Translations under genes and position numbers: made by a program
Shown here: piece after piece, positions 38,646-46,783 of the stretch
Layout of the letters: every line of letters starts with the position of its first letter
How positions within the stretch are numbered: position 1 is the stretch's first letter
The notes under the pieces: generated by a model
Told to the model about the DNA's origin: nothing
The model's database searches: none
What the model saw: only the letters and a program-made list of their open reading frames with translations
Assembly: GCA_040756235.1 (NCBI GenBank)
Contig: JBFLZG010000093.1
Span: 1-48,143, forward strand
DNA from: a bacterium
Lineage (GTDB): Bacteria; Desulfobacterota; DSWW01
Length of the DNA stretch: 48,143 bases
Reading direction: 5' to 3'

Positions 38646-40061
38646 ATGATCGGCATCTTGCGATACGGAGCCTACATCCCTTATCTGCGTCTTCCCCGGT
38701 CCGAAATCGCCCGTGCATGGGGCGGAGGCCGCGAGGGAGGTGAGCGGGCCGTCGCCAACCACGATGAAGACAGCCTCACCCTGGCCACCGAGGCCGCGCG
38801 GGACTGTCTCCACGGTTTCGACCGCTCCCTGGTGGATGCCGTCTTCTTCGCGTCCACGACTTTTCCTTATCTGGAGAAACAGGGGGCCGGCTTTCTGGCG
38901 TCGGTGCTCGATCTGCCGTCCCCGGTTCTCACGTCGGACTTCGCCAACTGTCTGCGCGCCGGAACGACGGCCCTGGAGCTGGCCAGAGCCGGCGTGGAGT
39001 CCGGCCGCGCCCGCAACGTCCTGGTTGTGGCGGCGGACATGCGCCTGGCCCACCCCGGATCCGCGCTGGAAGGTCAGCTCGGCGACGGCGCCGCTGCCTT
39101 CCTCGTCGGCCGCGGAGAGGCAGGGGCTGTATGGGAGTCTTTCCACTCCTGGTCCAACGAGGCTCTGGACTGCTGGAGGACGGATGAAGACCGTTTCGTG
39201 CGCACCTGGGAAGAGCGTTGGGCCAAGCAGCACGGGCTGCTGGAAAACGTGAGCCGGTCGGTCCGAAGCGCGCTCGATCGAGCGCGCCTCTCCCCGCGCC
39301 AGGTCGATCGAGCCGTGCTGCCGGGCACGGACTCGAGAAGCCAGTGGCAGCTCGCGAAAAGCCTTGGTCTGGACGGTGCGGAACAGCTTGCGCCCTCCCT
39401 TCTGGACGTATGCGGCAGCGCCGGGGCGGCCCACGTGCCCATGATGCTCGCGGCGGTCCTGGAACAGGCCGGGCCGGGCGATCGCATCCTCGTGGCCGGC
39501 TACGGGGACGGTACGGACGTCCTGCTGCTGCGTGCTACGGAGCACGTGCAGGCGCTGCGGCCGCGGCGCGGGCTCTCAGGACATCTCGGACGGGGAAGCA
39601 GGCTTGCCAATTACGAGCGGTATCTCTGGTACCGAAAGCTCGTGGAAGTGGATCCGCCTCCGCCGCTGCTCGTGGGCTCGTCGGCTACGGCGCTCTGGAG
39701 AGACCGGAATTCCGTGTTTCGGCTGCACGGCTGCCGTTGCTTGAAGTGCGGGGCGTGCGCCTTTCCCGTTCAGCGGATCTGCAACGCCTGCCAGGCCCGA
39801 GACCAATACGAGGAAATCCCTCTGGCCGAAGATCGAGGGAGGCTTTTCACCTTCACGAAGGATTACCTGGCGAGCCGGGTCGACCCGCCGCTGATCCAGA
39901 GCGTGTTGGATATGGAAGCCGGGTGCCGCATCTACACCTGGATGACCGACGCGGAACCGGACGATGTCGAGCTGGGGATGGAAGTGGAAATGACCTTCCG
40001 CCGGATCCGCAAGGCCGAAGGATTCTACAATTATTTCTGGAAATGCCGGCCGGTCCGGTGA
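38646..40061 (+). CDS. HMG-CoA synthase-like domain fused to a DUF35 (Zn-ribbon + OB-fold) domain
   Basis: YGAYIPYLRL, DEDSLTLA, GDGAAA, GYGDG; C-terminal CLKCG...CNAC, VEMTFR, YFWK. Confidence 0.88.
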   Translation: MIGILRYGAYIPYLRLPRSEIARAWGGGREGGERAVANHDEDSLTLATEAARDCLHGFDRSLVDAVFFASTTFPYLEKQGAGFLASVLDLPSPVLTSDFANCLRAGTTALELARAGVESGRARNVLVVAADMRLAHPGSALEGQLGDGAAAFLVGRGEAGAVWESFHSWSNEALDCWRTDEDRFVRTWEERWAKQHGLLENVSRSVRSALDRARLSPRQVDRAVLPGTDSRSQWQLAKSLGLDGAEQLAPSLLDVCGSAGAAHVPMMLAAVLEQAGPGDRILVAGYGDGTDVLLLRATEHVQALRPRRGLSGHLGRGSRLANYERYLWYRKLVEVDPPPPLLVGSSATALWRDRNSVFRLHGCRCLKCGACAFPVQRICNACQARDQYEEIPLAEDRGRLFTFTKDYLASRVDPPLIQSVLDMEAGCRIYTWMTDAEPDDVELGMEVEMTFRRIRKAEGFYNYFWKCRPVR

Positions 40062-40110
40062 AGCAGGGGCGAAGGGCCTCTCCCCTTCGCCTTTCGATTC
40101 GGAGAAGTCC

Positions 40111-41301
40111 ATGGGTGGTGCGCTGAGAGACGGAGTTGCGGTCGTCGGGATGGGGTGCACCCGGTTCGGAGAGCTCTGGAGCAAGGGCATCGAGGATCTC
40201 ATCATCGAGGCGGCCTTCGAAGCGCTCGAAGATGCGAGCATGGAGCCCAAGGACATCGAGGCGGTCTGGGCCGGGACGCTCCGGTCGGGCATGTCCGGTA
40301 CGGTGGTGGCGGACAGCCTGAAGTTGCGCAACATCCCCATTACCCGGGTCGAGAATCACTGCGCGTCGGGGCACGAGGCCTTTCGGAACGCGGCCTTCGG
40401 CGTGGCCTCCGGCATGTACGACCGGGTGATGGCGATCGGTTACGAGAAGCTCAAGGACTCGGGCTTTCCGGGCATGGGTGTGGGCCGGCCGCCCCACCCG
40501 GCCTGGATGCAGCTCTGGACGGCGCCCACCGGCTTCGGTTTCATCGCCGGCCGCTATTTTCACGAGCACGGCCTGGGCTGGCAGAAGGGCAGAGAGATCC
40601 TGGCCCGCATCGCCGTGAAGAACCACGAGAACGGCTCGCGCGCACCCAAGGCGCACCTCAGGAACCCGGTCACGATGGAGCAGGTCCTCAAGGCGCCGGT
40701 GATCGCGTGGCCTCTCGGGCTCTTCGACTGCTGCGGCACGTCCGACGGCGCCTCGGCGGCCATTCTCGTCCGGGCCGACCGGGCCAGGGAGGTGCGAACG
40801 GACCCGGTCCATGTCCGGGGGATCGGACTCTCGGTGGAGCCGACCATGCCCTACTTTCGGACCGGATTCGATTACCTGGGCTTCGAGGCCACGCGCAGTG
40901 CGGCCCGTCAGGCCTACGGCCAAGCCGGGATCCGGGATCCCAGACGCGAGATCCAGATCGCAGAGGTGCACGACTGCTTTACCATCACCGAGCTCGTCAA
41001 CTACGAGGACCTCGGGTTCAGTCCGCGCGGGCAGGGGTGGCGCGACGTCCTGGAGGGCACCTTTCACTCGGGCGGCGGAGCGCTGCCCGTCAACACGGAC
41101 GGCGGGCTCAAGTGCTTCGGTCACCCGGTGGGTGCGTCGGGGCTGCGCATGCTCTACGAGATCTACAAACAGCTGCAGGGCAAAGCCGAGGGGCGGCAGG
41201 TCCCCGACGTGCGGACCGGACTGGCTCATACCCTGGGCGGGCCTCCCCAGGTCTCCTGCGTCGTGATCGTCTCGAACGAGCCGAATCCGTCCCCTGCCTG
41301 A
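40111..41301 (+). CDS. Thiolase / acetyl-CoA acyltransferase, SCP2 type
   Basis: GMGCTRFGE, VENHCASG (catalytic Cys), EVHDCF, GHPVGASG, HTLGG. Confidence 0.92.
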   Translation: MGGALRDGVAVVGMGCTRFGELWSKGIEDLIIEAAFEALEDASMEPKDIEAVWAGTLRSGMSGTVVADSLKLRNIPITRVENHCASGHEAFRNAAFGVASGMYDRVMAIGYEKLKDSGFPGMGVGRPPHPAWMQLWTAPTGFGFIAGRYFHEHGLGWQKGREILARIAVKNHENGSRAPKAHLRNPVTMEQVLKAPVIAWPLGLFDCCGTSDGASAAILVRADRAREVRTDPVHVRGIGLSVEPTMPYFRTGFDYLGFEATRSAARQAYGQAGIRDPRREIQIAEVHDCFTITELVNYEDLGFSPRGQGWRDVLEGTFHSGGGALPVNTDGGLKCFGHPVGASGLRMLYEIYKQLQGKAEGRQVPDVRTGLAHTLGGPPQVSCVVIVSNEPNPSPA

Positions 41302-41503
41302 TCGAAATGGCCATGGAACCTCCAACCCCGTACCCTCGAAAGCAAGATCCGGACGGGCTCGCCGGTGCATCCTCCGGTCCGACGCTCACCGCCGAGCAAC
41401 TTCCGGGCGCACGCTCGGGCAAGAGCCTCGCTCCCTTAAGCGTGGATAATTTCATTCTCTCGTGCCGGACTTCCTCCGGGGGTCGGGCAAACCCGTGTGG
41501 AAC

Positions 41504-42811
41504 ATGAAACCGAATGAAGGGCCTCTGCCAGTTCCGGTGATCCTCCCCCGGCCCGAGCACAACGTATCACGCTCCCGGATGGACCCGGATGCCGTCAAGG
41601 TGATGTACCGCCTGGTGCGTCACGGGTTCAAGGGCTACCTGGTGGGCGGGAGCGTTCGGGATCTGCTGCTCAGCAAGACGCCGAAGGACTTTGACGTGGC
41701 GACGGACGCGAGACCCGGCGAGATCCGCAAGCTGTTTCACAACTGTCGCATCATCGGCAGGCGCTTTCGAATCGTCCACGTCTACTTTCGCGGCAGCAAG
41801 ATCATCGAGGTCTCCACCTTCCGCAAGGACCCGGAGGAGGCGACCGAGGGAGAAGCGGACGGCCAGGAATCCCCCAAGCGCGGAGACAATACCTTCGGGC
41901 TGCCTCATGAAGACGCTCTGCGCAGGGACCTGACCATCAACGGGCTCTTCTATGACATCCGCGATTTCTCCGTGATCGACTACGTCGGCGGCATCTCGGA
42001 TCTTCGATCCGGGATCATCCGTGCCATAGGAGAACCCGACGCGCGGTTTCGGGACGATCCGGTGCGGATGATCCGGGCGGTGCGGCACGCGGCCCGGACC
42101 GGCTTCACGATCGAGCCCAGGACCTACCAGGCGATCCTCCGCAACGCTCCTTCGCTGACCGCCTGCAACGTTTCGCGCCTGCAGGACGAGCTGCAGAAGG
42201 ACCTGGCCGGGGGCCATGTACGGCCTCTGTTCGAGCTGCACAGGGCAACCGGTTTGATGGGCGCCTATTTCCCGGCTTTACAGGCCTACTTCGACAGCCG
42301 GTCCAGGCCGGAAGCGCTGTTCCATCCGGTCTGGACGTGGACTGCCCTGGCCAGACTCGACGCCAAGACCGACGATCCTGCCTGGCCGCCTGCCTACTAC
42401 CTGGCCTCGCTGGTGTTCCCGCTGATCGAGCGAGAGCTCATGGATCGCTACCCGTCCCTCGGAGAGGCCCTGCGGGAACCGACGGACGTCCACCGGACCC
42501 TGAAGGAGCTGGGCGTGCCTTTCGGGATCCGGCGTAAGGACCAGGAGAGGCTCGGGACTCTATGGTTCGGATTCGTTCGCTTCTGGAATTTCCTTCAGGC
42601 AGGCCGAATTCCCGAGCGTTTTCGGAAAAGGCCTGCTTATCAGGAGGCGCTTCAGTTCTACCTTTTCCATCAGATCCTTCTCGGGCGTTCCGACGAACAG
42701 ATCCGACTGGCCGTGGAGGGCGCATGGGAGCAAGGACCGCGCCCACCAACGCGCGGGCGGCGACAAAGGAGGAGACGCAGGAAAGAGAATCGATCCCAGA
42801 AAACAGTTTGA
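41504..42811 (+). CDS. pcnB: Poly(A) polymerase I
   Basis: VGGSVRDLLL..PKDFD; PAP-type signature IIGRRFRIVHV; RRDLTIN; DDPVRMIRA; basic C-terminal tail. Confidence 0.88.
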   Translation: MKPNEGPLPVPVILPRPEHNVSRSRMDPDAVKVMYRLVRHGFKGYLVGGSVRDLLLSKTPKDFDVATDARPGEIRKLFHNCRIIGRRFRIVHVYFRGSKIIEVSTFRKDPEEATEGEADGQESPKRGDNTFGLPHEDALRRDLTINGLFYDIRDFSVIDYVGGISDLRSGIIRAIGEPDARFRDDPVRMIRAVRHAARTGFTIEPRTYQAILRNAPSLTACNVSRLQDELQKDLAGGHVRPLFELHRATGLMGAYFPALQAYFDSRSRPEALFHPVWTWTALARLDAKTDDPAWPPAYYLASLVFPLIERELMDRYPSLGEALREPTDVHRTLKELGVPFGIRRKDQERLGTLWFGFVRFWNFLQAGRIPERFRKRPAYQEALQFYLFHQILLGRSDEQIRLAVEGAWEQGPRPPTRGRRQRRRRRKENRSQKTV

Positions 42812-42827
42812 TTTTTTCACTGGACAG

Positions 42828-42856
42828 TTGACAAGACCCGCCGAGTTGCATAACAT
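42828..42856 (+). promoter_or_regulatory. Putative sigma70 promoter
   Basis: TTGACA-N17-TAACAT. This implies the ORF-track TTG at 42828 is the -35 box rather than the start codon. Confidence 0.55.
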
Positions 42857-42902
42857 TGGTGTGGTGGTGCGTTTGGGTCCCGCCCCTGCGAGGGTACGAG
42901 CG

Positions 42903-44216
42903 TTGAGCAAGAGCACGAAGCCGTCCACGGGCACCGCCCGGCGGAAGAAGGCGATCTTCTATGCTCTGTTCGCGTGCCTGAGCGTTGCCTTTCTCTACTA
43001 CGTCCTGGTCACGGCCCGCAATACCCTTCAGTTCCTAGCGTTTTTCAGCCCCGAGGAGCTTTTTCTCGAGGACCAGAGCGGCGCTTCCATCGACGGCAGA
43101 AAAGCCGAGATCCTGAAGAGGCTGAACAGCCAGATCGACGAAGAATCGGCCACGCGAAGCCGGGAAGACTCCCGCCTGCTCGCCCGCCTGGATCAACTGC
43201 TGAAGTCACTGCACGCCTATCTGCTTCCGGGCGCCGGCCGCAGAGAGGAAAAGGAGGCGCCGAAGCCGGCCCCTGCACGGGAAGAACGTCCCCCCGGGGC
43301 CCCTGATGCGGCGGCAACCGCCCGCGCCGGTGATGCGGTCGTGCCCGATGAGGAATCGGCGGATCAGGTACTCGCCCTCGCCCCGACGCTGCCGCCTCCG
43401 GCCAGCCGGAAAAGAGCCTTGGAGAGCCCGCCCAGGAACGCACCCAGGGACCTGAGGCCCATCATCGAGAAGCCGCTGCAGTCTTCCGATGAGCGGCTTC
43501 AGGAAGAAGGTCTCGGCCCGCCGGAGAGGTGGCTACAGAAGATAGAACCTCTGGAGGGGCACCGTGCCCGCGGTATGGTTCTGAATCTCAACCGGAGGCT
43601 GGCTCTGGAGGGACTGGTGGATGCGAGCCACGAGGGTGAAACGGATTCCGACCTCCATGACTTCGGGATGCGCTCGGCACATGCCATGACGTTGATGCAG
43701 GGGCAGTCCCGGCCGGCCGGCTCCTTGGGGGCCGGAAGAATCGATTCCGGCTATCCTCGCTCGTTCGGCGTCGGACTGAACTGGCGGCTTTCGCCGGTCG
43801 TGAACTTCCTGTTCGACTATTCGCATGAATCCCCCAACGACCGGTTCATCGAATACCGCGAGAGCTGGGAGTCGAGCCTGGTCACGGATTACTCCAGGCT
43901 TCGGCCTGCCGGGGATAATGCGGTCCACAGCTTCTTCTTCGGGCTTCGCTACCTGCTGCACGATCGCAACCCGGAGCATCTCATTCCTCTGCAGACCGGC
44001 TTCTTTTACGCCACCAACATGGCCGACGAGCCGATCTCATCGGACGTCTCCCTGGGCTTCAGCATCGGAGGGGGGCTCTACCAGAAAGGAATGCGCCTCG
44101 CTCTCGCCTATCGGCTGCGCATCTGGGACACGCCTTCGACCGAGCCGTTGAACCGCGAGGACGGAGAGCTGACCCAGAAGGTATCCAATCAATTTCTGTT
44201 CTCCCTCAATTTCTAG
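42903..44216 (+). CDS. Hypothetical protein: N-terminal TM helix, Pro/Ala-rich linker, C-terminal beta-strand-rich domain
   Basis: Basic N-terminus then a TM helix; amphipathic strands (FGVGLNWRL, FFFGLRYL, LGFSIGGG); ends QFLFSLNF. Confidence 0.7.
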   Translation: MSKSTKPSTGTARRKKAIFYALFACLSVAFLYYVLVTARNTLQFLAFFSPEELFLEDQSGASIDGRKAEILKRLNSQIDEESATRSREDSRLLARLDQLLKSLHAYLLPGAGRREEKEAPKPAPAREERPPGAPDAAATARAGDAVVPDEESADQVLALAPTLPPPASRKRALESPPRNAPRDLRPIIEKPLQSSDERLQEEGLGPPERWLQKIEPLEGHRARGMVLNLNRRLALEGLVDASHEGETDSDLHDFGMRSAHAMTLMQGQSRPAGSLGAGRIDSGYPRSFGVGLNWRLSPVVNFLFDYSHESPNDRFIEYRESWESSLVTDYSRLRPAGDNAVHSFFFGLRYLLHDRNPEHLIPLQTGFFYATNMADEPISSDVSLGFSIGGGLYQKGMRLALAYRLRIWDTPSTEPLNREDGELTQKVSNQFLFSLNF

Positions 44217-44371
44217 GAGCCTGTCCAAGAATTTGGCTCCTGGAGGCTGTTCAGAAATGTCCAGATGCAAGGCGCACGAAATCCTGAGGAATGAGGCGTA
44301 CACGGAAGTACGCCGCAATGACGAAGGATGAGTGCAACGCCGCAGATGGGCATATATGGACAGCCTCCTAG
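44213..44371 (+). mobile_element. Structured miniature repeat element, copy D (core 44242-44368) plus satellite hairpin
   Basis: CTAG at both ends (44213, 44368); same satellite GGAGCC..GGCTCC as copy B; 127-bp core. Confidence 0.85.
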
Positions 44372-44372
44372 C

Positions 44373-44394
44373 AGGGCGACCGCCGGTCGCCTCT
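44373..44394 (+). repeat. REP-like hairpin related to 26419-26444
   Basis: AGGGCGACC-GCC-GGTCGCCTCT. Confidence 0.6.
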
Positions 44395-44497
44395 GCCCGT
44401 CGTCCCGGGCTTCCACATGCGACCCTGGTTGCGAGCGCAGCGCAGTCGGAGATTGCGAGGCTCTGCGAAGCAACCTCCCGGCTCAAGTGCTGCGGTG

Positions 44498-45874
44498 TCA
44501 TCGGATCTGATACCGGGCCATTTTCTTGTGCAGGCCCTCCCGGCTGATCCCGAGATGCTCGGCCGCGCGCGTTCGGTTGCCGTAGTGGCTCTTCAGCGCC
44601 TCCTTGATGAAGAACGCCTCCACCTGGTGCATCCGCATCCTCAGCGTGTCCTGTCTCGAGGCGTCATAGGATCGCAGGTTCCGGACCTGATTGACGGGGC
44701 CGGAGAGTATGTCGGAGCCGATCAGCCGTTCACCGTCTGACTGGATCAGGACTCGCTGGATCTCGTTTTCCAGCTCTCGGACGTTGCCCGGCCAGTGATA
44801 GCAGGAGAGAAGGTCGAGCGCCTCGGGAGTGAAGCCGGCGGTACTCTGCTGTTCTCGTTCCGCGTACTTCTGCAGGAAATGGTTGGCCAGAAGCGGGACG
44901 TCCTCCTTCCTTTCACGCAGGGGTGGGATGGTGAGGGAAAACCCGTTCAGTCGAAAGAACAGATCTTCCCGAAAGCGCCCTTCCCGCACCATCTCCTGGA
45001 GGTTCTGGTTGGTGGCGGCGATCACGCGGACGTCGACCCGAATCGGCTCTTCCCCGCCCACCCGAAAGAACTCCTTGCCCTCGATCACCCGCAGAAGCAC
45101 GACCTGGGTGCGGGGAGAGACGTCTCCGATCTCGTCCAGGAACAGCGTGCCCCCGTGCGCGGCCTCGAAGTAGCCGATCCTGCGGGACTTCGCGTCCGTG
45201 AAGGCTCCTTTTTCGTGACCAAAGAGCTCGCTCTGGTGGATGCCTTCGTTCAGGGCCGCGCAGTTGACGCAAACCAGGTTGCCCCCCCTCCGGCGGCTCA
45301 GGCGATGGATGGCCCGGGCCACCAGCTCCTTGCCGGTCCCGCTCTCCCCTTGAATCAGGATGTTCGCCTGACAAGGTGCGCACTTGCGGATGATTCGAAA
45401 GAGGTCCTTCATGATCGAGGAGACCCCGATCATGTCCTCGAACAGGTGGTTGCGATAGTTCTCTACGAGGTGCAGGAAGACGTCCCTCTCCGCACGATGC
45501 TGGGCGATGAGACTGCGGATGCAGAACCGCAAATGAGCGCCGTCGTCCTGCGGGAAGATCCAGTCCGCCCCGCTGAGCAGCCCCTCGTTCGTATAGCGGG
45601 AGGCCCCGTTGGGTGTGATGAGGAGTATCCTGGATCGCGGCGAGGATTCCCTGCAGGCCGAGATCCAACGGCTGCTCTCTTTTCTTGACACGGCCTGTTC
45701 TTCGATATCCATGATGAACAGACAGGGATGGATCTCTTTCAACTGGGCCGGGTCCGATCCGGGATAGGGGAGGAAGAGATACTGCTCTTCGGTTTGCGGG
45801 GTCTCGGGCAGTACGGACTGCATCCTCTCCCGCCTGCTCCCGAGCCAGCAGACGCGATATCCCTTGGGTCCCAT
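44498..45874 (-). CDS. Sigma54-dependent enhancer-binding transcriptional activator
   Basis: GESGTGKE, VNCAA, SELFGHEKGAFTDA, LFLDEIG, FREDLFFRL, WPGNVRELEN and a Fis-type HTH. The N-terminal receiver-like domain is degenerate. Confidence 0.93.
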   Translation of the reverse strand: MGPKGYRVCWLGSRRERMQSVLPETPQTEEQYLFLPYPGSDPAQLKEIHPCLFIMDIEEQAVSRKESSRWISACRESSPRSRILLITPNGASRYTNEGLLSGADWIFPQDDGAHLRFCIRSLIAQHRAERDVFLHLVENYRNHLFEDMIGVSSIMKDLFRIIRKCAPCQANILIQGESGTGKELVARAIHRLSRRRGGNLVCVNCAALNEGIHQSELFGHEKGAFTDAKSRRIGYFEAAHGGTLFLDEIGDVSPRTQVVLLRVIEGKEFFRVGGEEPIRVDVRVIAATNQNLQEMVREGRFREDLFFRLNGFSLTIPPLRERKEDVPLLANHFLQKYAEREQQSTAGFTPEALDLLSCYHWPGNVRELENEIQRVLIQSDGERLIGSDILSGPVNQVRNLRSYDASRQDTLRMRMHQVEAFFIKEALKSHYGNRTRAAEHLGISREGLHKKMARYQIR

Positions 45875-45885
45875 GATCTGCCTCC

Positions 45886-46066
45886 CTAGCAGGCCGCTGA
45901 AAAAGGCCCATCTGCTGCGTTGCGCTCGTTCATCGTTCCCGGCCTTCGCCGGGACAGGCCCCCCCTTCCACCGTTACAGGAAGGCTCGTTCTTCAAACTT
46001 CGCGCGCCTTGCATCTGGACCTTTTTGCACGGCCTGCACATTCTGGAGTTTTCCACGGGCTGCTAG
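45886..46066 (-). mobile_element. Structured miniature repeat element, copy E (divergent)
   Basis: CTAG at both ends; GCAGGCCG / CGGCCTGC termini; conserved CCATCTGC and CCTTGCATCTGG arms; an extra terminus-like segment at 46048-46062. Confidence 0.8.
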
Positions 46067-46185
46067 CAGGGCCGTGATATCCGCACCTCCGGTCCGATCC
46101 GGGCGGTTGTTCGTCTCTGAGCTTCTGCGGGCCTTCGGGCGGGTGGTGCCGGCGGGGGGTGCCTTTCCCACGAGCAGTCCCTGTG

Positions 46186-46201
46186 AGCAATCCGTATGCC
46201 A
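46186..46201 (-). promoter_or_regulatory. Sigma54 (-24/-12) promoter
   Basis: Minus strand TGGCATACGGATTGCT: exact GG-N10-GC spacing with consensus TGGCA..TTGC; points toward the activator gene. Confidence 0.7.
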
Positions 46202-46476
46202 CGAGCAGTCCCGCGCAACAGCAGGCAGCACAGGCGGCTCTCTCCTGACGACCCCCGCGAAGGTATCCATACGGAAACGGACCCGACTCTCCGGTTTCCG
46301 CATGGAAACTACGGCGGATGTGCCGGGCCTCCGAGGCGCGCAGAGCGGTTCCCGCCTGCAGCCGACTACGTTAGAAACGCGCCGGCCCGGCGCGGGCGGA
46401 TCTTGGTGTTTGCGCCCAAAGATGCTAAGGTGATCCAGGCTTGAAGCGTATCGATCGAGAAAAAAGGGACTTGTCG

Positions 46477-46746
46477 ATGTCATCCTCGTTTGGCCAACAG
46501 GACGAGCCGGCCTTTCTGGCCGATGACAAGCGGGCATCCGCGCAGCAACGAGGAGAAACCTTCGGGGGCCAGCGCCCGGAAGAGGGGAAGTCCTCCCAGG
46601 TGCGCTCCGAACCACCGCAAGCCGACCCGTTCGGACCCAGCCGTCTGATGCTCGTCCTGATCGGTGCGGCTTTCTTCCTCCTGGGAGGGCTGGCGGCCGC
46701 AGGCATTCTGGTGCTGTATCTGCAAAGAAACGGGTCCATCCCCTGA
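46477..46746 (+). CDS. Small membrane protein with a C-terminal TM segment
   Basis: Hydrophilic N-terminus followed by LMLVLIGAAFFLLGGLAAAGILVLYL. Confidence 0.55.
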   Translation: MSSSFGQQDEPAFLADDKRASAQQRGETFGGQRPEEGKSSQVRSEPPQADPFGPSRLMLVLIGAAFFLLGGLAAAGILVLYLQRNGSIP

Positions 46747-46783
46747 CCGCGAATTGCGGTTCGAACAACGGCAGCTCGGTCCC

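Noticed and set aside
7618..46066. Repeat copies as a CRISPR array or integron attC cassettes
   Set aside because: They are dispersed rather than regularly spaced, have no spacers, and no cas or integrase gene is present. They lack RYYYAAC/GTTRRRY ends and flank ordinary metabolic genes.
46745..46770. GGTTCGAAC as a tRNA T-arm
   Set aside because: There is no cloverleaf or acceptor stem, only a short ACCGC/GCGGT hairpin in a 37-bp gap.
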